A stretch of DNA of 64,000 nucleotides, taken from contig OZ024742.1 in the NCBI GenBank assembly GCA_964016885.1, positions 38,440,001 to 38,504,000 on the forward strand. Direction: 5' to 3'. The stretch comes from Eledone cirrhosa (Eukaryota). This document shows, piece by piece, positions 39,759-52,075 of the stretch (position 1 is the first letter of the stretch; every line of letters begins with the position of its first letter). The position numbers were made by a program, and so were the translations under genes. The notes below the pieces were generated by a model. The model searched no databases. It worked only from the letters and a program-made list of their open reading frames with translations, and was not told the origin of the DNA.

Positions 39759-42700
39759 TGTACAGCCACCGGAAATAACATCTGTGAAATATACAGCGCC
39801 ATCTACCTGTTAGCTAGCTACTTCAACGTGAAACAAAAGAACCCTTAAAACCTACCAGAATAAACGCCTACACTTCGGCTAAACATCAAACGATTGTTTC
39901 TGTATAAATAGAGTGGTTCCCAACACTTCGCCAGTCGACTTATGGCAGAGTCAGCTAGCGTATCGTTGTTCCTTTACTCTGCCACGCTTTGTCACTCACA
40001 CGCCTTGTACCTCGTATCGTCGCTTCATGTGGAAATAAATAGCTGATCGAATTTACATCTCGCCTTGCTTCGTCCTTTCAACTTGTACTTTCGTCTGTCC
40101 ATCCTCAACAGTTCTGTTAAGGGCTATATGCGACAACAGTCCTTTTAAGGGCTATCTTAAGATCTGGTCAGACCGTATGCGATAAGAGTCCTTCTAAGGG
40201 CTATTCTCGGATCTGATCAGAAGTAGTGACTAGACTGACTAATCACATCGCCACAATTGGTGACCCGAACGTGAGTCGAACGCGCAACCAGACAGCACCT
40301 AAGAAAATATCAACATGGACATGTCACAAACGACAGAGGCTGAGATTTCAGAGCTGCGGGCTATGATCAGAGAGCAGGCTGGTCAAATTAAAGCCCTCTC
40401 GAATCAAGTAGAGAACCTGACCTTTCAAACACACCGGCGACGCAGCAACAATCGATCCAGGCCTTTTCACAGTCGAAGATCCAGTAGTCCCAGTCAAAAT
40501 CGTGTGCCTGGCAACCTCTGCTGGCATCACACAAATTTCGGCGCACAGGCATCTAAGTGCAAAGCCCCGTGCTCTTTCCGGAATACCACCCAGGGCCTAG
40601 CGACGACGTTCACTCCTGGTACCGAAAAGAAAAGTCGTCTATTTTTTATTAACGACCAGGTGACAGGCATCCGTTACCTCGTGGATACAGGAGCCCAGGT
40701 TAGTGTTATTCCTGTTTCACTAATCTCGGGCAAAAGACATCCAACACCGTCCTTTCTGCGGTCAGTGAACCAATCGTCAATTCCGACTTTCGGGGAGAAG
40801 TCTCTGACCCTCAATTTAGGCCTGAGGCGGCGTTTTCAATGGGTGTTTGTCCTGGCAGACCTGCCGACCCCGATCCTAGGAGCCGATTTTCTCCACCACT
40901 TCAACCTTCTGGTGGATATGAAGAACCGGAGGCTTATCGACACCACCACAAACCTCACTGTGAGAGGTATATTTACCACGCAATCCACAGTGAGCCCTGT
41001 AATTTGCCAGTCAGAGCCTTCGCGGTACAACGGCATTCTCAAGAATACCCAGACATCACTCGCCCGGTATTTAAGGATGGTCCTATTAAGCATAGTATCA
41101 CACACCACATCGAGACAAAAGGGACCACCCACAGCTGCCCGACCAAGGAGACTGCCTCCAGACCGATTGAAAATCGCCAAGCAGGAGTTCCAACACATGC
41201 TAGACTTCGGAATCATTCGCCCTTCCTCCAGCAACTGGTCTGCACCCCTACACCTTGTTCCAAAAAAAAACGAGAATTGGCGACCATGTGGGGATTATCG
41301 TGCACTTAACAATTCTACCGTGCCCGATAATTACCCTGTACCTCATCTGCACAATTTTTCTGCCTCTCTGCAAGGCGCACGTATCTTTTCCAAGGTAGAT
41401 TTGGTGCGTGCATATAACCAGATACCTATGGAGCCTGCAGACATTCCGAAGACCGCAATCACAACACCGTTCGGTTTATTCGAATTCCTGCGAATGCCGT
41501 TCGGTCTGCGCAACGCTGCACAAACTTTTCAGCGGTTTATTGACACCGTGTTACGCGATCTACCCTTCGTATACGCGTATATTGACGACGTACTGGTAGC
41601 AAGTGCTTCCGAGAATGAACACGAGAAGCACTTAGATCTCCTTTTCCGACGTTTGGCTGAGTACGGTATCATCATCAACCCCAGCAAGTGCCTTCTCGGC
41701 GTTCCTTCATTGTCCTTTCTCGGGCACATCATCGATAAAGACAGCATTCGTCCACTTCCCGAGAAAGTAGAAGCTATCCGCAGTTTTCCTGCACCTACAT
41801 CACTTCGGAAACTGCGTGAATTCCTCGGTCTGGTGAATTTTTATAGGCGGTTTATCCCTCATTGTTCCGACGCAGCCAGACTCCTCACGGACCTTCTTCG
41901 TAACCGGACTCGCAAAAACGAAGAGATCACTCTAAACGAGGAAGAATTAACATCTTTTAACCGCCTGAAGGAAATGTTGGCAAACGTTTCCATGCTCGTT
42001 TTCCCCAAGTCTGGCGCTCCTCTATCGCTGCTAGTGGACGCATCAGACACGGGGGTTGGAGGCGTTCTACAACAACATGTCGACGGCGTGTGGCAACCCT
42101 TATCCTTCTTTTCTAAGCGGTTGCAACCGGCAGAAACGAAATACAGTACCTTTGGCCGTGAACTCTTGGCAACCTATCTTTCGGTTAAGCATTTTCGGCA
42201 CATGCTCGAAGGATCAGATTTCGTGATCTACACGGACCATAAACCATTAGTTTATGCGTTCCGTACCAAACCTGATCGACATTCACCGAGAGAACTCCGA
42301 CACCTGGATTTTGTCTCCCAATATTCAACTGATATTCGGCATATCAAGGGATCAGACAACGTAGCAGCCGACGCCCTGTCCCGAATCCAGCTGAACGCAA
42401 TACATGTGCATTCAGGCATCGACCTTCAACAGATCGCAGCTGACCAAGAGACTGACGAAGAGTTTATCAAGCTCCGAGATTCGCCATACCTCAAGTTTCA
42501 GCAAGTTCCCATTCCTTCTTCTCCGGGACAAATTTTGTGCGACCTTTCTACCGGTCATGAACGACCGTACGTACCACAGATGCATCGTCGACAAGTTTTT
42601 TCTGCTTTACACTGCTTGTCTCACCCGGGAATCCGGGCTACACAGAAACTCATCTCTGCTCGTTTTGTGTGGACTAACATTAACAAGGACGTGCGCGACC

Positions 42701-45126
42701 GGTCCAGGAGCTGCATTGCCTGCCAGAAAGCCAAAGTCCACAGACACATCAAAACTCCACTCGGCACATTCGCGGAACCTGATGCACGTTTTCATCATGT
42801 GCATATCGACATCGTCGGACCGCTACCACCATCACAGAACTACACACATTTGCTCACCTGCATAGATCGATTATTTCGTTGGCCTGAGGCTTTTCCCATA
42901 AATGATACCTCAGCGGAAACAGTCGCTAAAACTTTGGTTTTACACTGGGTATCACGTTATGGCGCCTCAGCGAAGATAACAATGGACAGAGGACGCCAAT
43001 TTGACTCCCACCTCTTCAGGGAACTGACTCGCCTGTTAGGATGTAAACACATCCGCACGACAGCTTATCACCCGCAAGCTAATGGTCTCGAGGAAAGATT
43101 CCATCGCCAATTGAAAGCTGCAATAAAAGCATATCCAGACAAGACCCACTGGTTTGAATACCTACCACTCATCCTTCTGGGCATTCGATCCACCGTTAAA
43201 GAGGAATTCGGACACACACCTGCAGAATTAGTGTACGGCACCACCCTGGTTCTACCTGGTCAGATGGTTGTTCCCATCTCTCCCCAGGATGTTCCAGACC
43301 CCCAGGATCATACGTACATCGTCTTCGACAATATATGTCTCACCTTGCTCCTGCAAGCACCTGTCAACAGAACACGGCCACACACGTACCTTCAGAAATT
43401 AAAGATTGGACACACGTTTTCGTTCGAAACGACACCATCTCAGCTCATCTTCGACCTCCATATTCTGGCCCTTATCGTGTTCTAAAAAAATATCCGAAAT
43501 ATTTTATTCTCGATCTAGATGGTAAACAGAATTCTGTCAGCGTGGACAGATTAAAAAAAGCCATCATGGATACTGTTACAGTCTCTACACCAGAAACTCC
43601 AACAGATTGCTGTCCCAGCGAGCCACCTGTTTCATCTCCAGTCACGAGAAGCGGACGACGTGTCCATTGGCCCGCAAAGTTGGCACAATATATGAATTAC
43701 CGTTAACCTCAAGTGAGTTTCTTAATCATTCTTCGTGCAAAACATTTCCATTTTTCTGGTGTTTACTATTTCCAGTTTCAAATACAATGAACTTTCTGCT
43801 TGAACAATTGCAATTTTTAGTGACCATGTGCTTATGTCACGAAGAACATTATTTATTATGAACATTATTTATTACAAACACTATTTAAGAACAAACATTG
43901 TGTATATCATTGTGTATAACATTTTTTTTTTTTTCTCTCTCTTGTTTTGCAAAATTTGTATTTTTCTTATTCTGTAACATTGATTGTGTAATTGCCATAA
44001 TTTTTATATACATACAAGGCGTGTACATATTCTGTTTTTCATGCACACTACAAAACCACGTTTGTTTCACCTTTTGGTTCATACACTGAACAATAGATAT
44101 TTGTGTCCCTCTAACTTTTACACTACAAAATGTTTTCTCTTTGATCACGCATTTCACAAATCGCATCCTCAAAACACTGGCCTTCTTTTTTCACGTACAC
44201 ATTCACTCAATAGCTCGAGAATGCCTCGCTATTTTTTTTACCACATGCATTCGCTCAAGTCATATGTGGTGGAGCAAATTTACTTTTAGGCAGCATGCTT
44301 ACGGCCATTTAGTTCACACATTACGGTTATCTTCACTGCCCAGTTAGACTTTTTGTCACGCAATTCACAGGCAGCTCAACCGAAATTGCAACAGGCTCAT
44401 TCATCACGCCTGCATAAATCTGGTCAAAGTCATTTTATAGTTTATTTCTTTTTTCTTTTCCTGACACACACATCTTACCATATCATCTCTACATCGACTC
44501 TGTCCTGTACTCGATGATCACAACATTTCACAACGTGCTGGACACTCCTGGGGCTATTGTCATGACAAATGCACCACTGGCCCATTACTATACGGTATTT
44601 CGCTCTTTTGTTGTACAAAAGATCTGGCAGGGGGCTAATGTACAGCCACCGGAAATAACATCTGTGAAATATACAGCGCCATCTACCTGTTAGCTAGCTA
44701 CTTCAACGTGAAACAAAAGAACCCTTAAAACCTACCAGAATAATCGGCTAAACATTAAACGATTGTTTCTGTATAAATAAAGTGGTTCCCAACACTTCGC
44801 CGGTCGACTTTTGGCAGAGTGAGCTAGCGTATCGTTGTTCCTTTACTCTGCCGCGCTTTGTCACTCACACACGCCTTGTACCTCGTATCGTCGCTTCATG
44901 TGAAAATAAATAGCTGATCGAATTTACATCTCGCCTTGCTTCGTCCTTTCAACTTGTGCTTTCGTCTGTCCATCCTCAACAGTTCTTTTAAGGGCTATAT
45001 GCGACAACAGTCCTTTTAAGGGCTATCTTCAGATCTGATCAGACCGTATGCGATAAGAGTCCTTCTAAGGGCTATTCTCGGATCTGATCAGAAGTAGTGA
45101 CTAGACTGACTAATCACGTCGCTACA
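39759..45126 (+). mobile_element. Ty3/Gypsy LTR retrotransposon
   Basis: LTRs 39759-40255 and 44639-45126 (TG...CA), TSD TATA, PBS at 40258, PPT ggcaggggg. Confidence 0.95.
40315..43706 (+). pseudogene. Gypsy short gag remnant + PR-RT-RNaseH-IN polyprotein with frameshifts
   Basis: CWHH..C..PC knuckle, LVDTGA, YIDD, DAS, HHCC, D,D(35)E-like, GPY. Compensating frameshifts at ~41040-41120 and another shift at ~43305. Confidence 0.9.
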
Positions 45127-45279
45127 TATATAATAAAATGTAATTGATCAAAAGAACATCTATTTTATTAATATTTGTATTTTAATATTAATAACACCGG
45201 AAAATTATTTTACCCTAGAGTGCTTCCAACCTACTGTAAAACTCATTCTTTGACATACTCATTGAATATTATTTAACAC

Positions 45280-45312
<33 letters not shown>

Positions 45313-46164
45313 CGACAGGCTTCTTCAGTTTTCGTTTACCAGTTCCCACTCTCGAGGCAATGATCAACTCAAGCCTATAGTAGAAGTCAAACTGCCCAAG
45401 GTACGGTGTTGCAGGACTGAACTCAGAACCACCTAGTTGCATAGCGAACTCTTTAATCACATAGCCAACTGAGTTGAGTAGCCTTGCTGAGGAAATCTAA
45501 TAAAACAGAAACATGTCTGTTATCTTGTTTGATTGCTGTTTTTAGATTATAAATACAGTACTTCTAAAGGAATTTTTTTGAGTATTAATTGCTTGAGTAT
45601 TAATTGATAGAAGTTTTTCAACTTCTCTGTAGGACACAGTTGAAATACATTGCCCATCCAAGAGTGTACAGTTTGTTCCCTCCCTTACAACTCTCTCATT
45701 TTTAAATTTAATTTTACTTTCCTCTTCCCTTTTCAGGCGATATCTGTAAAGATGCTTGGTTATTTCAGCCTCTTAGCTTTGTTACCTACGGAAACATCAG
45801 GTAATGCTCGTGGTAAGGGCGTTTGGCTATTCCAATGCGTCAGTCATGCTATCACATGACCATACCGAAGTATCAAGCGATGCTCTTGTGGAGGTGCTTG
45901 GCTATTTCAGGGCCTTAGTCTCACTATCATCTGTAACAAGGCCATGAATGGGTTGTCAGAAGGGAACTCCAACACAGAAGTACACGCCACAACATGTGGC
46001 GTGTACTTCAGTTTGCATGTTTTCTCCCATTCTTTTTTTTATTGCTTTTTTCTTCTTTTTTACTTCTCTCTCATTACTTTTTTACTCCAAATTGATAATC
46101 TTTTAATAATTCAATTTATTTTCTTGTCTATTTCTTTATTAATAAAAAAAAAGTAAATAAAAAT

Positions 46165-46355
46165 TATTATTATTTCTACTTTTGGCACAAGACCAGTAAT
46201 TTGAAGGAAAGGAGAAAGTCGATTAAATCAACACCAGTGCGTTACTGGTACTTTATTTTATCGACCCCGTAAAGCTAACCTCGGTGGGATTTGAACTCCG
46301 AACGTAAAGGGTCGTAATTATATGCCGTAAAGCATGTTGTCCGATGCTCTACTAA
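46165..46355 (-). mobile_element. SINE family A, diverged
   Basis: tttctacttttggcacaagacc...ggatttgaactcc. Confidence 0.65.
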
Positions 46356-46820
46356 TATTGTCATATATCGTTGTTGTAGAGATTTTCTTTGATTTACACC
46401 GTTAGTAATCCAAGTAGGCCTGCTTTTAAAATTCACTCAAAGAAGCTTGCATTTTACAGAGTCAAGCCATATAAATTAATGGAGATGAAAACTATTTGTC
46501 TCTAGATATTAGTCAGTACTCACATCTGCATTTCTGTAGAATACTTTTTTGCAGTGAGTTAATTTAGAAGCTTTGAGAAAACATTTTTTTAAATTTGAAA
46601 ACAACAACATTACTAATCTATTTATTGATTTTTAAAAAAAAAACGTCGTTAATTATTTATTTAGGTGGGAATTGTACAGTTTGTTTTTCTCTGGTCGTTC
46701 CAAAAATTACAGTAAATTTTCTGCCGATGTCTCGGTGTATTTTGAACTAATATCTTTCAGTCTCTTCTTCCTATCTGCATTTTGTGTTGTTTTTGTTGGT
46801 TCTTTTACGTCATTGCTCCG

Positions 46821-46928
46821 ATGTCTGTTGACATAGAGCATCGAGAAATGGAAGCAAAACTATTACAGGTTTTGAAAACGGGTTCTGATGAACAGATCTG
46901 GAGTATACTTGAAAACTTCAATACTCAA
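46821..46928 (+). CDS. RIC8: Probable first coding exon of Ric-8/synembryn (G-alpha chaperone/GEF)
   Basis: MEAKLLQVLKTGSDEQIWSILENFNTQ resembles recalled human RIC8A [28 protein letters not shown]; phase-0 GTGAGT donor at 46929. No exon 2 was recognised in the window. Confidence 0.65.
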
Positions 46929-47611
46929 GTGAGTCTCTTTCTTTTTCTCTCTATGTCTATCTATCTGTCTCTCGTTCTCTGTCTTTCTCGCCCATCTGTC
47001 TATCCCTCTGTTTCTTTCGTTGTCTGTCTGTCATTTATTTACTTCTTCCTTCTTTCATTTATTCTTTTCTTTTCGTTGTGTATATTTTTCTTGACTATCA
47101 TTTCATGAAAAATGTAAATAAATAAACAGGTGTGTCAGTGTTTCGAGATGAGACAAGGTCATTGCAAAATGTCATGTGCATATATATATGTGCGCGTGTA
47201 TATATATATATATATGGACGAAGACAGGAAAACGAACGAAACGGTCCCATCATATCAGTCGATCACTAGAGATACGTTGTTTCATATATATATATATATA
47301 TATATGGAGAGAGATTTATATTTATGTATATATTTAATGTATATATATATGTGTGTGTGTATATATATTTAGTTGTATATATGTATTTATATATACATGT
47401 ATTTATATATACATGTGTGTATATATTTAGTTGTATATTATATGTATATAATTATTTATATAAATATATACATATTTATATATTTAGTTGTATATATATA
47501 TTATATAAATATCTCTCTCTCTCTCTCTCTCTCTTTATAGAGAGAGAGAGAGAGAGAGAGATATATGAATTTGTTTTGCAAGGTTTTTTATATAAAATCG
47601 TGTGTTGAACC

Positions 47612-47985
47612 AAATATTGTTATATTTGGGGAGGGTCATATTGTTATAATATTGCCAGAAATAATAATAAAACACTCAGTTTGGTTTGGATTAGTTTTCG
47701 CTTCTGTATCTTTTATATCTCCATAGTTTTTATCTGACAATCAATGTTTATCATTGTTTATCATTGATTGACCAACGGTTAAAAATACAGATACATATAT
47801 ATATAGTTTATATATATAATATATATACATATATATATAGTTTATCAAAGTTCTTTCGTCACACATCTGTGACATCATCAGTGGAACTACTATGTAATGT
47901 CCATGCCAAATTTAATACATCATGATTTCCTTCGAATGAAACAGTTCTAGTCCTGTAGAAGTCATTTCTATATTAAATTTCTTAT
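47612..47985 (-). mobile_element. PLE terminal remnant related to the 23399 element, with hammerhead at 47844-47884
   Basis: Shares the tattgttata.tt.gggagggtcat terminus and CTGATGAtgtcac..gtgacGAAAgaactttga. Confidence 0.65.
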
Positions 47986-48160
47986 ATAGACTCTACTAAT
48001 GTATTGAGTACCTTATTTACTGTAGTTACCCTGGGACTCACATATATATATATATACATATACATATACATATATATATACATATATATATACATATATA
48101 TATATATACATGTATATATATATACATGTATATATATATATATATACATATATCTATCTA

Positions 48161-48335
48161 TCTAAGGCGGGTAAAATTCCCGAGATCCATGGACGAGTTC
48201 TCTCCAGCGGTCTCTGTCCCTCATTATCGCTGCCATGTCTTGCATCTCCAACAGACGACCAGTGTCTGTCCTTAGGGCATCAACATACGTTAACCTTGGT
48301 CTTCCTCTTCTAGTGTGTCCATGTAGGGGCTCCCA
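48161..48335 (-). mobile_element. 3' end of the 55876 LINE family
   Basis: WEPLHG...GSREFYPP*. Confidence 0.85.
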
Positions 48336-48359
48336 ATATATATATATATACATATATAT

Positions 48360-48406
<47 letters not shown>

Positions 48407-48453
48407 CATATACATATATATATAAATATATATATATACATATATATATATAC

Positions 48454-48484
<31 letters not shown>

Positions 48485-48491
48485 CATATAT

Positions 48492-48559
<68 letters not shown>

Positions 48560-48896
48560 TGGCTGCCAACTCGTTTTCGAGTACGGCCACTACTTTATAT
48601 CCATGTAGGAGAACCCCTACCGATGCGCTGAACGAGTGTGACTTTTTAGTTCAGCCAGCGACTTGAAATCTCTGGTACAAACACTACACTTGTGACAATT
48701 ATTGACACAGTGCTGGGCCCATGGTACCATGTGACGACAAGTGCAGAGAGATCTCCAGATATAAAGCAATGCCTGTGCCGTGAAGCTTTTATAGTGAGCA
48801 AAGGCACTGCACAAAGCCAGTCCCACTCTCTTAACCAAGATGATATTTATACATATATACACACACGCACTCACACACACATATATTCTATTCTAT

Positions 48897-49119
48897 TCTA
48901 AAGCGGGTAAAATTCCCGAGATCCATGGACGAGTTCTCTCCAGCGGCCTCTGTCCCTCATTATCGCTGCCATGTCCTGCGTCTACAATAGACCAGTGTCT
49001 GTCCTTAGGGCATCAACATAGGTTAACCTTGGTCTTCCTCTTCTAGTGTGTCCATGTAGGGGCTCCCACAGGAGCACTGATTGCAATGTCAACTCTTCAT
49101 TGCTGTAGTGGAGTCTGTG
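48897..49119 (-). mobile_element. 3' end of the 55876 LINE family, including an inversion junction
   Basis: Reverse complement of 55171-55392. Confidence 0.85.
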
Positions 49120-49340
49120 GAGTAGTGTTCCTCTTCTAGTGGTAGTACCTGTTAGGGCTCGATTTATGGGTTAAATAACTACCTTATTCGAGTGGCGCCG
49201 GTAAGGTATTGTCAGCCATTGAAAAGAAATATGGAGAGTCGATCTAACAGCACTAGGGTTAGAGCCCCTAATTGCACTGACAAGGAGCAGCATGGTCGTT
49301 ATGACTCTGCTGGCTTAGAGCCACACATATATATCATCAT

Positions 49341-49680
49341 TCATCATCATCATTTCATTTTACGTCCACTTTTCCCTGCTTGCAAGGGTGGGACGGGAAC
49401 TGATTCTGGCTTGATTTCTACAGCTGGATGCCCTTCCTAACACCAACCTCATTTACAGTGAGTGCTGGGTACTTTTTTACCGTGGCACCTCCACGACCAC
49501 TTTGCAGTGGAATGATAGGGACCCCAGTCCCTATCATCTCATTTCTACAGCTGAGTAAACTGGAGCAATGTGAAATAAAGTGACTTGCTCAAGGAAACAA
49601 CACATCACCCGGTTTGAGAATTGAACTCACAGCCTTTCGATTGCAAGGCCAATGCTCTAACCACTTAGCCATGTGCTCCC
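49341..49680 (-). mobile_element. SINE family B (tRNA head, RTE-derived tail)
   Basis: Tail is near-identical to the RTE 3' UTR at 18640-18900. Confidence 0.85.
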
Positions 49681-49794
49681 ACTATATATATATAAATATA
49701 TAAAATTGTTATATACACTCTACTAATGTATTGAGTACCTTACTTACTGTAGTTACCTTGGGACTCGCATATATTTGTATAAATATATATATAC

Positions 49795-49840
<46 letters not shown>

Positions 49841-49984
49841 TTTTATATATATATATATCAAATTAAAAGGTAGAGTTAAAATCTCACAATAATCCCCTAT
49901 GATCCATGGTGGTACTTTATCCTCTATTATCCTACATAATTTATAATGTCTTTCATTACTATGATATATATATATATATTTATA

Positions 49985-50029
<45 letters not shown>

Positions 50030-50040
50030 TTATATATATA

Positions 50041-50346
50041 TCATCATTTCATTTTACGTCCGCTTTTTCCCTGCTTGCAAGGGTGGGACGGCAACTGATT
50101 TTGGCTTGATTTCTACAGCTGGATGCCCTTCCTAATACCAACCTCATTTACAGTGAGTGCTGGGTGCTTTTTTTCCGTGGCACCTCCACAACCACTTTGC
50201 AGTGGAATGATATGGACCCCAATCCTATCATTTCATTTCTACAGCTGAGTAAACTGGAGCAATGTGAAATAAAGTGTCTTGCTCAAGGAAACAACACATC
50301 ACTCGGTCTGAGAATTGAACTCACAACCTTTCGATTGCAAGGCCAA
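50041..50346 (-). mobile_element. SINE family B, slightly 5'-truncated
   Basis: Reverse complement of 50386-50694. Confidence 0.85.
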
Positions 50347-50358
50347 TATAAATATATG

Positions 50359-50691
50359 TGGAGGCACATGGCTTAGTGGTTAGAGCATTGGCTTTGCAAT
50401 CGAAAGGTTGTGAGTTCAATTCTCAGACCGGGTGATGTGTTGTTTCCTTGAGCAAGACACTTTATTTCACATTGCTCCAATTTACTCAGCTGTAGAAATG
50501 AGATGATAGGGACTGGGGTCCATATCATTCCACTGCAAAGTGGTCGTGGAGGTGCCACGGCAAAAAAGCACCCAGCACTCACTGTAAATGAGGTTGGTGT
50601 TAGGAAGGGCATCCAGCTGTAGAAATCAAGCCAAAATCAGTTACCGTCCCACCCTTGCAAGCAGGGAAAAAGCGGACGTAAAATGAAATGA

Positions 50692-50694
<3 letters not shown>
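50359..50694 (+). mobile_element. SINE family B, full length
   Basis: TGGCTTAGTGG A box, GAGTTCAATTC B box, ccttgagcaagacactt central domain, RTE-like tail. Confidence 0.88.
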
Positions 50695-50734
<40 letters not shown>

Positions 50735-50844
50735 CGTATATGTATATGTATACATATGTATATATACGTATATGTATATGTATACATATGTATATATACG
50801 TATATGTATATGTATACATATATATATATACGTATATGTATATG

Positions 50845-50884
<40 letters not shown>

Positions 50885-51001
50885 TATGTGCGTATATATA
50901 TACATATATATATTTATACAAATATATGCGAGTCCCAAGGTAACTACAGTAAGTAACGTACTCAATACATTAGTAGAGTGTATATAACAATTTTATATAT
51001 T

Positions 51002-51032
<31 letters not shown>

Positions 51033-51321
51033 ATATATGTATAAATATCATCTTGGTTAAGAGAGTGGGACTGGCTTTGTGCAGTGCCTTTGCTCACTAT
51101 AAAAGCTTCACGGCACAGGCACTGCTTTATATCTGGAGAGCACTATGTGTCAATAATTGTCACAAGTGTAGTGTTTGTACCAGAGTTTTCAAGTCGCTGG
51201 CTGAACTATAAAGTCACACTCGTTCAGCGCATCGGTAGGGGTTCTCCTACATGGATATAAAGTAGTGGCCGTACTTGAAAACGAGTTGGCAGCCACCATA
51301 TATATATATATATATATATAC

Positions 51322-52070
51322 GCAGACTAGAGAGAAACGAAGCTTGCATGCTCCGCTGGATGTGTAATAGTAATATACGTGAACGACAAAGCATAAACGA
51401 ACTAAGGAAAAAATTAGAAATAAGAGGGATCAGATGTTGTTTACTAGAGAGAAGGCTACGTTGGTATGGTCACGTGATGCGCATGAAGGACGATAGCTGT
51501 ATAACAAAGTGCAGGGCAATAAAGATAGACGGTAGCCACGGAATAGGCAGACCCAGAAAAACCTGGGACGAGCTGATAAACTCCGACCTCACACAGTTAC
51601 ACCTCACCAAGACAATGTCACTGGACCGAGACCTTTGGCGGTACTCAGTAATAGAGAAGACCTGCCTTACCTAAATACAAAGTAAAACCTACTACAGTCA
51701 GTAGGCATCTCTAACAAAATACACCCCCGTCCCACCACCCCCACCTCATCCACACCGCCCCCTCTATGTAAAGTTATGTTGGTGCCACACCATCCAGGCC
51801 GAAACAAATGAGATCGTGTAGGTGTCACGACAAAAAAACACACAGTCCACGCTGTAATGTGGCCGTGTAGGCAACACGGTAAAAACCTCCCAGACCCACA
51901 CTGTAAATGTGGTTGGTGTTAGGAAGGGCATCCTACTGTAGAAAACCTGCCAGACAGTCCTATGCGAGCAAGACAATCACTCTTGCCTCAAGTGGGAAAA
52001 CCCCCGTCCAAACCCATGCAAGCGTGGAACACGGACGTTAAACGATAATGATGATGATGATGATGATGAT
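51322..52070 (+). mobile_element. RTE LINE 3' fragment
   Basis: RRLRWYGHVMRM...GRPRKTW; 3' UTR and (GAT)n tail. Confidence 0.85.
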
Positions 52071-52075
52071 ATATA

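Larger units (their letters stand above)
36131..45285 (+). mobile_element. Degenerate PLE (GIY-YIG end plus long AT-rich tail) hosting SINEs, a solo LTR and Gypsy
   Basis: CNCRNKTDCPLQNNC..LVYKC..YIGST..RFANH at 36329-36830; inverted partial copy at 36131-36250; hammerhead at 39710 continuing after 45130. Continuity across the inserts is inferred. Confidence 0.6.

Noticed and set aside
45485-45525. CTGAGGA...GAAAcatgTC hammerhead-like words
   Set aside because: No convincing stems I and II.
50359-50430. tRNA-like sequence
   Set aside because: It is the SINE head, running into a central domain and RTE tail.
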